A DNA stretch of 64,000 bases from Leucoraja erinacea. Its lineage: Eukaryota. The DNA lies in assembly GCF_028641065.1 (NCBI RefSeq), contig NC_073408.1, positions 7,130,001 to 7,194,000 of the forward strand, written 5' to 3'. The notes under the pieces are model-generated. The model was not told the DNA's origin, ran no database searches, and worked only from the letters and a program-made list of their open reading frames with translations. A program made the translations under genes and the position numbers. Positions 29,850 through 45,223 of the stretch are shown here, in pieces (position 1 is the first letter of the stretch; every line of letters begins with the position of its first letter).

Positions 29850-30140
29850 TATTATTGGGGAAAGGGGGGGAACGGGAAAGTTATTGGGGAAAGGGGGGAG
29901 AGGAGAGGTGTATTGGGGAGACAGGGGGGAGGGTTATGGGGAAAGGGGGGACAGGGAGAAGGTTATTGGGGAAAAGGGGGGGATAGGGGAAAGTTATTAG
30001 GGAAAAGGGGGACAGGAGAGGTGTATTGGGGAGACAGGGGAGGGTTATTGGGGAATGGGGGGGACAGGGGAAAGTTATTAGGGAAAAGGGGGACATGAGA
30101 GGTGTATTGGGGAGACAGGGGAGGGTTATTGGGGAAAGGG
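29850..30140 (+). repeat. G-rich tandem repeat (~21-bp units) in intron 1 of the TTC3-like gene
   Basis: Repeated TTATTGGGGAAAGGGGGGACAGGGGAAAG / GTATTGGGGAGACAGGGGAGGG; decayed flanks from ~29620 to ~30300. Confidence 0.85.
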
Positions 30141-30329
30141 GGAGATAGAGGAGGGTGAATGGGGATGAGGTCACGGGGGGAGAGGGCATAGGGTGGGATA
30201 TTGGAGAAAGAAGTACAGGAGAAGATTGTAAGAGGAAGGGAGCACAAAGGGTGACTGGAGGAAGGGAAGTGGGAGGAGGGGCAGTGCGAGAGCTTTGGAG
30301 GGTCAGGGTTCGATATCAGCAGCCGCTCT

Positions 30330-30565
30330 CCTGCTGTCCTCAACTAGACGTCAACCGGGCCGCAGGGACCTCTTGCAGGGCGGCGAACGCTTCCAATAGC
30401 GCCCACCGTCGCCCCAACAACCCGGTACGGCCGCGAACACCCACCTCAGACCCGCAGCCACCACCGCATCTCCCTTCGAGCACTCACCGTCCGCCGATAA
30501 GATGGCGGCCCCACCACCCATCTCGCGAGACTGGACCGCGGGGCATGCTGGGGATTGTAGTCCTC
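30330..30565 (-). promoter_or_regulatory. CpG-island housekeeping promoter and short non-coding exon 1 of the TTC3-like gene
   Basis: CpG-rich. YY1 motif AAGATGGCGGC 30499-30509; palindrome TCTCGCGAGA (BANP/ZBTB33-type) 30521-30530; ZNF143/ACTACA-type GACTACAATCCCCAGCATGCCC on minus 30541-30562; minus-strand donor ACG|GTGAGT with exon end at 30488; next exon acceptor at 28550. Confidence 0.8.
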
Positions 30566-30632
30566 CCATCACAATGAGCCACCAAGGGCTTGGCAACAAA
30601 TGACTCTAAATGGATGGAATATTGACCTTAGA

Positions 30633-31040
30633 TAGACACAAAAAACTGGAATAACTCAGCGGGACAGGCAGCATCTATGGAGAGAAAGAATGGGTGACGT
30701 TTCGGGTCCAGAACTGGTTCAGCTTCTTCCCTCTAGCCAATAGACTATTAAACACTACCTCAAATAAGCTCCTAACTACATAGACTATTATTGGTATTAT
30801 TGCACTATTATTGTTTGTTATCATGTGTGCATACATTACTTGTATATGTCTGAAGAAGGATCTCAACCCGAAACATCGCCCATTCCTTCTCTCCAGAAAT
30901 GCTGCCTGTCACACTGAGTTACTCCAGCATTTTGTGTCTACCTTGTATATAGACACACACATATGGTAGACACAAAACGCTGGAGTAGTTCGGCGGGAGA
31001 CAGCATTTCGGGAGAAAAAAGAATGGGTGACGTTTCGGAT
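30633..31040. mobile_element. Cluster of three Penelope terminal-repeat fragments in alternating orientation
   Basis: AGACACAAAA..CTGGAGTAACTCAGCGGG..GGGTGACGTTTCGGGTC family at 30633-30708 (-), 30848-30942 (+) and 30966-31040 (-). Further copies near 2725, 4440, 14450, 17800, 29320, 40315, 41145, 41420, 46705, 55335, 60705 and 63630. Confidence 0.7.
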
Positions 31041-31479
31041 CATAGAAACATAGATGCAGGAGTAGGCCATTCGGCCCTTCATGCCAGCATTGTCATTCAA
31101 TTTGATTGTGGCTGATCATCTTCTAAAATCAGCCCCGTTCCTGCTTTTTCCCCTATATCCCTTGATTCATTTAGCCCTGAGAGCTAAATCGAATTCTCTT
31201 TTGTAATTTTCCCAAGTGTGAAGGATAGTGCTAGTATATGGGCGTCGGCGTGGACTCGGTGAACCAAAGGACTTGTTTCCATGTTGCACCTCTAATCTAA
31301 ACTAAATCTAAACTATCTGAAACTACTTTTTTAAAGTATTTTTAATCTTTAGGATTTTCAACACAATGCAGTTAATAGAGACACATTATATATTTGGTAA
31401 TTTACACAAATATAAATTGATGTACAAGATGCACAGTGGCTTGGTGTAAAATGCACAGGATTCATTTTGACTTGGTCAT

Positions 31480-33345
31480 AGAAGACAGAGGTTTGTGGTG
31501 GAAGGAAGATATTCTGGCTGGAACATTCTTCTGAATATCTCTTCTGCGACATGTGGAGTTCTGCAGGGATCTGTGCTGGGACCTCTCCAGTTTGTGATAT
31601 ATATAAATGGCTTGAACATAAATGTAAATTGTTTGGTGACAAAAGGTCTGCTGGCGACACCAAAATTAGGGGAATTGCAGACAGTGAGGAAGGCTGTCAG
31701 AAGATACAGTGGGATATAGATAAACTGCAGAAAATGCAGATAAATGGCAGATGGGAGCTTAATCCAAGCAAGTGTGAGGTGTTGTACTTTGGGAGGTTGA
31801 ATGTCAGGGGGTGAGTATACAGTTACTAACAAGACTCAGATTGGCTGCCAGTGACTAGCGGAGTTACGCTGGGGCGGTGGAATATCGTGTAGCAAAGTGT
31901 GGAGTCATGCATTATGGTAGTTGGAATAAAGGCATAGACTATTTTCTAAATGGGGCGAGAATCCAGAAATTGGTGGTGCAAAGGGACTTGGGCGTGCTGG
32001 TACATGATTCCCAAAAAGTTAATCTGCAAATTGAAAGAAAGCAAACTCAATGATAACATTTATTTCAAGAGGGCTTGTAAACACAAAACCGAGATGTATT
32101 GCTGAGGCTCTATAAGGTGCTGGTAAAGCCGCATTTGGAATATTGTGAGCAATTTTGGGCACCATATTTGAGGAAGAATTTGCTGGCTCTGGAGAGGGTC
32201 CAATGGAGGTTTAGAAGAATGATACCAGGAATGAGTAGGTTAACCTATGATGAGTGTTTGCAGGCACTGGGCCTGTAGTCACTAGAGTTTAGACCTCATT
32301 GCACCATACAGAATAATGAAAGGCATGGATAGAGTGGATGCGGGTAGGATGTTTCCCCTAGTGGGAGAGTCTAGAACATAGACTCAGTCTATAAGTCATA
32401 GTCTCAGAATTAAAGAACGCTCTTTTAGGAAGGGGATGAGGAGAATTTTATTTAGTCAGAGTATGGTGAATCTGTGGAATTCTTTGCCACAGAAGGCTGT
32501 GGAGGCCAAGTCGGTGGATATTATTAAGGCAGAGATAGTTAGATTCATGATTTGTACAGGTATCAGAGGTTATGGGAAGAAGGCAGAAGAATGCGGTTAG
32601 GAGGGAGAGATAACTCAGCTATGATTGAATGACGGAGTAGACTTGATGGGCTGAATGGCTTAATTCTACTCCTATCACTGATAGCCCTTAACAGAATTGA
32701 CGTGCTGAGAGATATTAAGAGTCCAAATTCATAGCTCACTGAAGGTACCAGCATAACTAGAAATGGTGGTAAAGAAAGCAAATGACATGCTTGCTCCCAT
32801 TGCAAGGGGCATTGGGTATAAGAGTCAGGAAGTCATGATGTAGCTTTATAAAACTTATGATATGTGCCATTTGGAGCATTGTGTTCAGTTCTGGTCATCC
32901 TATTACAGGAAGGATGTGGAGGTAAGGAGAGGGTGCAGAGGAGGTTGACCAGAATGCTGCTGCCTGGGTAAAGGGGTTTCAGCTACCAGGAGCGGTTGGA
33001 TAAACTTGCATTTTTTCCCTGAAACGCCAGAGGTTGAGGGGAAACTTTTTAGGAATAAAATTATAAGAGGCATGGATAGGGTAGTCAGAAACGTAGTCAG
33101 ATATGCAGGGCAAGTTTTTTTGCAGAGTGGTGGGGGCCTGGAACACATTGCCAGCGGTGGTGGTGGAGGCAGATATGACAATAGTATTTAAGATGTTTTT
33201 GGATCGGCACATATAGTGCAGGGAATAGAGGGATATAGATCATGTACCGGCAGATAAGATGAATTTAACTGCATTGTGTTTGGCACAAACATTGTGATCT
33301 GTGGGACCCATCCCTGTGCTGTGCCGGTCAATGTTCTATGTGCTG
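31480..33345 (+). mobile_element. Nested decayed CR1 LINE fragments
   Basis: [30 protein letters not shown]; two CR1 3' ends near ~32670 and ~33340. Confidence 0.8.
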
Positions 33346-35639
33346 TGACACTCCTTTTCAAACTGCAAAGGAGAAGTTTCTGATTTCAATCAGATTTTCT
33401 CGATACCAAGGTCAAGGTTAAATTTGAGTCGTATTTAGCAACATTTATTATCCAATGGACCAATATACCATTTCAAAGTACTGACAGGCTGACTCATCAT
33501 GCTTAAGATAAAGTAACCTTAATGTAACACTCCTTATACGGTCTGTGTGAAGGACTGAACGTGAGTGACAATGTTTTTAAAGCCTTGATTGCTTCAACGA
33601 GTGCATGTTGTTAATTTTGCTAAATACACATTTAGTAAACTACTTTCTTGCCTTAACAGAGCGAAAAAAGTTGTATCTTTGAGCTTCTATCCCCTTTTTT
33701 TCTGCTGGCGAATAAAGCAAGCTATGCAACAAATAAACTCATGCACAAATGAACAATACTCTCAAAGTACCAATGCAGTGATTTTCTGGGCAAGTTGGGG
33801 CAAGGATAAAGCTCAGTCTTGTCTTATGGTGACAGGGGAGTTATTTATGGACCTCATGTGCAATATTTTTACTCAAAGCATAGCCTGTGTCTGGAATAAG
33901 ACGTCCGAAGAACCCACAGAAATGGATACAATTATAGCATGTGAAAGATATTTGGGCAGATACATGGATAGCAAGGGTTTAGAGGGCTGGTGGCCAAATG
34001 ATACTAGACCAGAATGCCAGCTTTGTCGACTTGGACAAACTGGGCCTATTTCCATGCTGCAGAGCATTGACTTTGTGTTCCAGTATTGCACGTTTAAATA
34101 CCATTTATTAAAAACTCACAAAACTCTTATTGATAGCGCCTTAACTTGATACAGCCTCAAACTTGCAAACAGTAGTTAACAAAAAAACTTGTCCGAACAT
34201 TTTTAGACCAATTTCACCCCATCTAAAGCTTTCACATTATTTCCAGTCAACATTAGGAAGTTAAAATCCCCTGACAACTTTATGATCTGCAGCTATATTA
34301 TCTCCTGGCATATTTGTTCCAATTCACATTGACTACTTGGGGGCCTGCAGTACAACCCCAGCAAGGTGATCATCCCTTTCTTATTCTTTAGCCCCACATA
34401 TAGCCTCACGAGATTAACCATCTGCAACATCATATCTGGCCACTGCCATAACATCCTCACCCCCATCTCACCTGAAGCACCTGTACCATGGAACATGAGA
34501 AATGGAGCCCCAATGCAATGCAGCAGAGTTGGGGAACAGCCAGCATATATAGCAAGGCGTGTTCAATGCAACATTTCAGCATTGGGACATTTATGACAGG
34601 TAAATAATGTCCGTCAATTCAGTTTTTGAAGAGACACACATCAGGGGATATAAAGGAGAAGGGGGATTGGGAAATAAATGGATATTTACACAAAATGTCT
34701 TCCAAGGGCAGAAAATCTTGCTTATTTCCACCTTCAGGCCATTATATTTATTAGACTGGATGTACAATAAAATAAAGCCAAGCATCATCAGTCATGATCT
34801 TAATGGGGCAAGTTGCTTGTCCTATTTATTTGTTATGTCAATAAGGTAATGTGTATTGCTAAATTCCCAGTTATTTCAGGAAATAGATATCCAAACAAAT
34901 TGCCACTGAGTAAATAAATCCTGGAAAGACCAGATGAAATGTCATAAATTGTTTTCAATGCAGAAGTAGGTACTTACAACAAACTATCAAATTTAGGTGG
35001 GGCAAGATGTTCGACAACTGAAAGGTTATCCTTCACCCACTACCAACTTGGATCTTGGGCAAGGATTTTCTTCAGTCACTAAGTATTTCTCTCTGAAGCA
35101 CCAGTTTAAAAACAAAAAATGTATTGTGCAATGCCAAAATGCAAGCCACTTATTTCTGTGACAAGCCACCAGATTAACCATTGTATCACTCAATTGAGCT
35201 TGCATAAACAATCAAGTTGCAATCATTTAGAAGAATTGCCACTCATCGTATATTTGATGCAGCTTGGGTCCCAGGAGGGACCTAATGTGCTAAGTATCTA
35301 GTTTGCTCCTGCAATACCTGCACTCAGAAGGGAGAGATTCACACCAACCTTTGTAGTAAAGATTAAGGGGACAATTGAGCCCCAGTGAGCACAACTAATG
35401 TGATAGAATCAGTGGCATTAAGCAACAATCAAGAACTCTTACTACCTACCCATTTAATGTACATAATTGAAGACACAAGTTTAATACTCTGATCGTAGCC
35501 TTTATTCATACCAAACACATTCATGTACAAGTGCATTGTTCAAATCTTGGCACTTAAAATCAAAGCTGGTTCTTTTTAATATAGTAAGAGCACTTAACCA
35601 GAGTCAAGACACTCATGACCAGTAGACATGCTGTGCATT

Positions 35640-39046
<3,407 letters not shown>

Positions 39047-40833
39047 TTTGTCTGAAAAATAAAAGTTAATAAAGTCAAAAATAATTTATTCAGTTCTACC
39101 CAGAAGGAAACCGCCACCCAATTCCTTCATAAGGTCAGAAACAATGACTCATCACAATGAGCTGTTGTTCAACAGATTACACAATCACTTCAAAAACCAG
39201 CAACACCTGCCACTCCACATTCTTTTCAAAGAATGAATTGCAACCACTGTGCAAAAGGATGATGGAAAGGGACTGATAGGATTGCTACTGGGGAATTAAG
39301 TTGAGGCTCATGCTCCATACAGATTATTTCCACAATCTACATGACTTCTCATTCCAAATTCTTAACTCTTGAATTCTCATTCTTAATTATCAGTCTGTCT
39401 ATATGGCCCATGATATACCACAGGCCTGGAAGGTTAGATCACACGGAAACAAGGCTAGTCAAATTGACACACAATGGGCCTGAAGTTTGGAGACAGAATG
39501 ATGGTGGTAGGTTGGTCTTCAGACTAGACTTGTAATACATGGTGCCTTACAGGAAAGAGCACTGGGTTCACTTGCCATTATTAAGTTTGGATAAGAATGT
39601 AGATTCCTATGATTGCAAGCTAGTAAATTGGTTTAATGGTCAACAGTGGCTAAACAAAAGCTAGATGGAGGTTTCCCCCCTCTCCTCTATTGTGGAGTAG
39701 GAATTATAATGTAATCAGGGCTGGGGAAAGGTCAATCATAAGGGAAGTCCACAGGTCTTTTTTTTTTGCATGGAATATAAATCTGGAGCATTATCTTGGA
39801 ATTTTACCTTTTCATCTTATCGTGAATAAGGAGAAAAGGTGGATAAGAGTAAACCCGGAGGGCACTGTCTAAGGCGCGAAGGAGGTTCAGAACGGGCGAG
39901 AGGATTTTCCCCAAAGTGGTAGATATCTGGAATCCTGCCAAAGTAGCTGAGGTATGCACGAATGGTGAAAATACTTGAAAAATGTAGAGCCGTAAGGAGG
40001 TCTCACAATCTGACCATGTGGCTAATCGGCGACCCCCCCCCCCCCCCCCCCCCCCCCGATGGGGAGGCCACCACGTGTTGCGGGAGGCCGCCCGCGGCCG
40101 CTCCGTCTCATCCCGGAGGGGGGCGGAAGGGAGCGGCCGCCCGCTCGCAGACTCTTCCAGAAGAGTAGGCGGAACAAAGCGGCAGAGGACGCCCGCCCAC
40201 ATGGTCTCTGCAGCCCCAGCCGTGGGGGGGGGAGGAGGAAGCGAAAACGATCGCAGTGGTCCGTCACATCAACCACGGGTCGTGGAAGGAACGGTCTAAA
40301 TAACGCTGATAAAGACGCACACAATGCAGGAGTAACTCAGCGGGTCAGCAGCATAGATGGATTAAAATGAAATGGGCGACGCTTCGGGTCGAGACCCTTC
40401 CGCATACAGGGGAGAGTTGTGGATGGGTAAGGTGTGAAAACGAGACATACAAAGGAACGGTGTGCACGGAAAACGTCGAATGGTTCATTGTTGGCTGAGG
40501 GCAAGGTGACAGAGGCACGCGATCAGTAAAATTAATCAGGACAGTGAAGTTAGTCGGAGAACTAGGGTGGGTAGAATGCTACTTTAAGTTAGAGGAATCA
40601 ATATTCATACCGATGGGTTGTACGCTGACAAATACTAGGCGGCCCAGGACAGAAAGGTCAGTGTGCGAGGGGAAAAACCGGGGAGATAAAGGCGCGTCGG
40701 CCAAGACGGACCGAGCGAAATGGCGGCCGGATGCGGAGGCCCCGGCCTGAATTAGCAGGAACGAAGGCGATGAAAGAGAACATTAATACAAGTGGCGGCG
40801 AGGGTGAGTGAAGGTGCAAGAGTGAGGCCGTAC

Positions 40834-40920
40834 CTGTAGTTGCTTGCTTGCTGGCGGGCGGTGGTGATGGTGAAGACCGGGCTGCGGAAGAGAGCTGTTG
40901 GCCGTGTCCGACGCCGCAAT
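40834..40920 (-). other. HSPA8: Non-coding exon 1 of hsc70 copy A
   Basis: Inr-like GTCTCATTG ~30 nt downstream of a TATA-like box; donor CTACAG|GTACGG with exon end at 40834; exon 2 acceptor at 39051. TSS is approximate. Confidence 0.7.
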
Positions 40921-41070
40921 GAGACCGCGCCGCTCCCGCCGCGCGCTTTTAAGGCTCACTCGAAGGTTCTAGAAAGCCGCGCGCGTCATCGCTGGGGCCC
41001 GGCCAATGAGCTCCCGATGGGTGACGTCACCGGGCGCGGCGGGAAGGCAGGCCGGCGTCTGATTGGCTGT
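40921..41070 (-). promoter_or_regulatory. Promoter of hsc70 copy A (TATA-like box, HSE, two CCAAT boxes, CRE)
   Basis: CCTTAAAAG on minus ~40946-40954; perfect 3-unit HSE cGAAg gTTCt aGAAa 40961-40975; CCAAT ~41003 and ATTGG ~41062; CRE palindrome GTGACGTCAC 41021-41030; CpG island. Confidence 0.85.
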
Positions 41071-41864
41071 GCCGTGGAGCCGCCCTTGGGACCGGGCCGG
41101 ATGGGACGAGACTACCTGGGCGGAAAGATGGAAGCTGTGTGTTGGAACAAACTGCAAATGCCGGGTTATATCCGGAGATTGACACAAAAAGCTGCAGTAA
41201 CTCCGCGGGTCAGCCAGCAACTCGGGTTCGAGACCCTTCCTCAGATCTGAAGCTGAGATGGCGCCCAACACAGGAGCACGAAGGCGTGCAGATCGGTGTG
41301 ATAATCCAAGGGCCGGGGTTCGGAGATACCCGCGGCCCTCCCGTGGTTTACACCGGCTGTTCACACGATGTTACATCACTTGTGTGTAAGCGCTTAGTTA
41401 CACGACATCTTAACAGCCGAAGATAGACACAAAAAGCTGGAATATCTCAGGGAGTACTCCAGCCATTTGTGTATCTTCGGTGTAAACCAGCACCTGCAGT
41501 TCCTTCCTACTCATCCTAACGGCTTCCTGAACTGCGAAACGTGGTCTATTGTATGTTAATAGCGAGCCAGGACTCTGGCTCAAAATAGTGGAATACCACC
41601 ATTGTTGTATTTATCACAAGGCAGGACGGACAGATCTTCCGCGATTTATTATCTACATCTGTCCTGAAGCATTATATATTATAAAAGCCTACATTTTATG
41701 CTTATGTCTGGAGAGGAATTTCAATACTACTTGCTATATTCATTATTAGCAGAGCCACGGCTGGCACTGATGTAGAATCCAGGAAGTGTGCGTAGAAACA
41801 GAAAAAAACGTGCAGGAGTAGGCCATTCGGCCCTTCGAGCCAGTCCGGTAACAAAATAATCATT

Positions 41865-42500
41865 AATGCAGCACAGGAACATGGCCGTTGACCCATAATG
41901 CCCTTGCAGCACAAACCGAGATAAAGAAATACAATCTGCCTGCACATGATACAAAATACCTCCATTCCTTGCATATCTGAGCTTAAGTAAAAGCCTCTTA
42001 AACGCTACCATGCTATCTGCTTCATCCACCACCCCTGGCAGCGTGTTCCAGTCATCCACCATTCTAAAAAAATACTTGCCTGTCTCATCATTAAACGTCC
42101 CCCCTCTCACTTTAAAGCCATGCCCTTGAGTCTTTGACATTTCAACCCCATGGAAAAAGGATCTGATTGTCTACCCAATGTATGCCTTATTGTCTTATAT
42201 ACTTTTGGCAGGTCTTCTCTTAACATCTGGCATTCCACTCCAGTTTCTCCAACCTCTCCTTATAGTTAATACTCTCCAATTTAAGTAGCATTCTGGTAAA
42301 CCTCAACTACACTGTCTCCAAAACCTCCACATCCTTCCTGCAATGGGGTGGCCAGAACTGTACACTATTCCAAATGTGGCCTAACTTAAGTCCGAGTTCA
42401 AAAATACTTCCTATCTCTTATACTCAATGCCCAGACAGATGAATGCAAGCATACCATATGCCTTCTTTACCACTCTATCTTACACATGCTGCCACTTTTA
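41865..42500 (-). mobile_element. CR1 LINE fragment
   Basis: ORF 41727-42140 (-) TQGHGFKVRG..FF..WNTLPGVVDEA..AFKRLL. Confidence 0.75.
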
Positions 42501-42909
42501 AAAGTGCACGTTTCATACGTGGGAAAGCAGCTAACATAATCAAGGACCATTTACACCTCTTTTGTTTCCTTTTCTGTCCCCTTTCCTGTTAGCCCTAGGA
42601 TAAAGTGTAGCAACCTTCCCATCGTGGATCTTGGACCTTTTCTCAGCAACTAACACAATAATGTTGGAACACTATATTCTGCACTTTTATATCTTTACAT
42701 TAATGGCATAAGTAATTGTACATCCACTTGGGATAAAAGGCTATGGGCTGTTTCAAGATAGTTAGAATTAGCTCTGAGGGCTAACAGAATCAAAGGTTAT
42801 GGGGATAAAGCAGGAACAGGGTACTGATTTTGGATGATCAACCATGAACATATTGAATGGTGGTGCTGCCTCGAAGGGCCGAATTGCCTAATCCTGCATT
42901 TATTTTCTG

Positions 42910-43250
42910 CTTTTCATATCCACCAACCACTTCCCTTTTTATGTCACCTTCCCATGTAACTGCAGGAGCTACACTGACACCTTTACCCCATTCTTTTGAA
43001 CCAACCAAGGACCAAAATTATCGTTACAATTGAAGTGGAAATTGACCTGCATTTTTTTACAATCTTGAGGACTGCGTTTGGTGCATGCAGTGTGGTCTTC
43101 TGCACCGGAGAAACTAAATAAAGATTATGTGACTGCTTTGCAGAGCACTTTCTTCTGGTCTGCATGGGTGACCCTGAACTTCTGGTTGCCAATCCCAAAG
43201 TAAACTTGAGGACATATTTTTGACTACATCACAGCCTTCAGGACTCAATA
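42910..43250 (+). mobile_element. Decayed Penelope GIY-YIG fragment
   Basis: Remnants TGETK*RLCDCFAEH, homologous to the 19.3 kb and 46 kb copies. Confidence 0.55.
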
Positions 43251-43264
43251 TTTTCCGGTAATAC

Positions 43265-44150
43265 GTTCCGGTAGGCGGCGCGGCTCTGGCCAGCAGCGGC
43301 CTCTGCAGCCTGTCCGCGTTTTTGTTATTTTTTGTCTGTGTTTCTGTGTAGTTTTTGTTATTTTATGTTGGGGTGTGTGTGTGGGAGGGGGGGGGGAAAC
43401 TTTTGAATCTCTCCCTGCACTGGAGACCCGACCTTTTCTCGTCGGGTCTCAGGTGTCGTTGAGGCCGCAACGAGGAGCGGCCTCCAACGGGAAGAAGCCG
43501 GGGACTCTGGTGCCTACTCACCATTGCCGTCGCGGAGCTGGCCGAGACCGGAGCGGGTGGAGCGGTGGAGGAGCGCTGCTGCTGCCGCTGCCGCTGCCGC
43601 TGCTGCTGCTGCTGCCGATGATGCTGCTGCTGCTGCTGAGTCGGAGGCTGCTACTGCGGGTCTGCGGACGGCTCGGACGACCCCGCGCGGATCCCTGGAG
43701 GGAGACCGCTTTTCGGGCTCCTGCAACGGCGAATTCTCCCGCCCGTGTTGCGGGGTCGAAGAGCTCCTGGAGCGGGACCTAACACCATTGCCCCGCGCGG
43801 CTGGAACGGCCGCGGGACTTTGCGAGCACACACCGGGGGCTCCAACACCAAGACCCGGTGTGCGACCTCGCACCACCCGGCGTGGCTTCAATGGCCGCGG
43901 GACAATCGCCATCGCCAGCCGGGGGCTTTGACTTTGACTCTGACATCGGGGGGGGGGGGGGGGAGTGCAGTGGAGAGATAAGTTTTTTTTTTGGCCTTCC
44001 ATCACAGTTATGTGATGGATGTTTATGTTAAATGTAATTATGTTGTGTCTGGGGTCTATTTGTGTGTAATGTATGGCTGCAGAAACGGCATTTCGTTTGG
44101 ACCCCCAGGGGTCCAAATGACAATTAAATTGACTTGACTCTTGACTCTTG
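43265..44150 (+). mobile_element. GC-rich interspersed retroposon with internal (GCT/GCC)n and a (TTGAC/TCTTGAC)n tail
   Basis: Homologous to 85-545; ends ATGACAATTAAATTGACTTGACTCTTGACTCTTGA. Confidence 0.7.
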
Positions 44151-44742
44151 AATATTAAATCCAACACCTTGTAACTAGCTTTCTCTCTTTCTATCAGAAC
44201 TGGGCACTTCCACGGTTAGCATCAACCTGTAATTTTGAATCAGTTTTGTTTTCCACTGACACTGCTTGATCTACTGGGCATTTCTAACATTGTCCTTTCA
44301 GTTTCATTTCCCTGCGACAGCTCTCATCTGTTTTTCAGTCTTTGTTTATTGTTCCTCTATTCATTGTCATTTATCAATCAGACACTTTGTAATAAGTGTA
44401 TTATCATGCCAACCCTGGCCTGGCCCTATACCATTGTTCAAAACAAATTTCTCCAGCACCTGCACCTCTATGAGTTTCAATTACATATATACATTTGTTA
44501 TAATAGTATGAGACTTGGCATTGCAGCTGATCACTACAAAGTTTTAGAATGGTTGAGAGACCATTTGGTCCATTTTGCTTGTGTTAATTCTTCAAAAGAG
44601 TTATCAATGAAGTCCCACATCGTATCACTGTAATTAGTATAAAGGATTAGGGGATGGGAAGAGGAGGAACACAAGGGGTACTTTACATCTTTACTCAATC
44701 AAAACCATTTGTGATTTTGAAAATGTTTATCAATTTTCTTAA

Positions 44743-45115
44743 AGGGCCGGTTCCACCAGCATGCGCCTGCATGCGGCAAGCGCGACCAAACCAGAAGCGG
44801 GGGCCGCGAGGAGGTTGAGTGAGTGACATGAAGTTCGAGCGAAGTTCGCGCGTGACGTACGGTATCGAGGTGGCTGCGGGCCGGTAGGCTGTTACCGTGC
44901 AGAATTTTTGAACACGGTCAGTTTTTCGGAGCCCCGCGCGATGTCGGGACCAGCTCCGCACAACTCCATACGACTCCAGTGATCGAAGTGGGACCGGCCC
45001 CGATAGGCCGTACGGCTCAAGCGACCACGTTAGGTCGCGCTTGCCGCATGCTGGTGGGACCGGCCCTTTAGGTCGCGCTTGCCGCATGGAGTCGCATGCT
45101 CGTGGGACAGGCCCT
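44743..45115. mobile_element. PIF/Harbinger-type MITE
   Basis: TIRs AGGGCCGGTTCCAC / GTGGGACAGGCCCT flanked by TAA/TTA-like sites; CpG-rich and palindromic. Confidence 0.65.
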
Positions 45116-45223
45116 TAACTTTTTCTTCCCCAAACATAACCAGATAATTTTATTACATTAGATCTTCTATTTTCACTAAGTATTTGCTGTGGAAAACCAA
45201 GGCATGTTATGATATATTCTGAA

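Noticed and set aside
39130-39160. Box C (GTGATGA) and box D (CTGA) on the minus strand in copy A intron 1
   Set aside because: The boxes are only ~10 nt apart, too short for a snoRNA; better read as an AP-1 site.
39800-41430. Several 60-136 aa ORFs over the CpG islands (also 30155-30599 and 58663-59291)
   Set aside because: Stop-poor GC-rich promoter and intron sequence with low-complexity translations.
43375-44167. ORFs with poly-Ala/poly-Leu tracts (up to 217 aa)
   Set aside because: They come from a (GCT/GCC)n microsatellite inside a GC-rich interspersed repeat that has a second copy at 85-545; no splice context.
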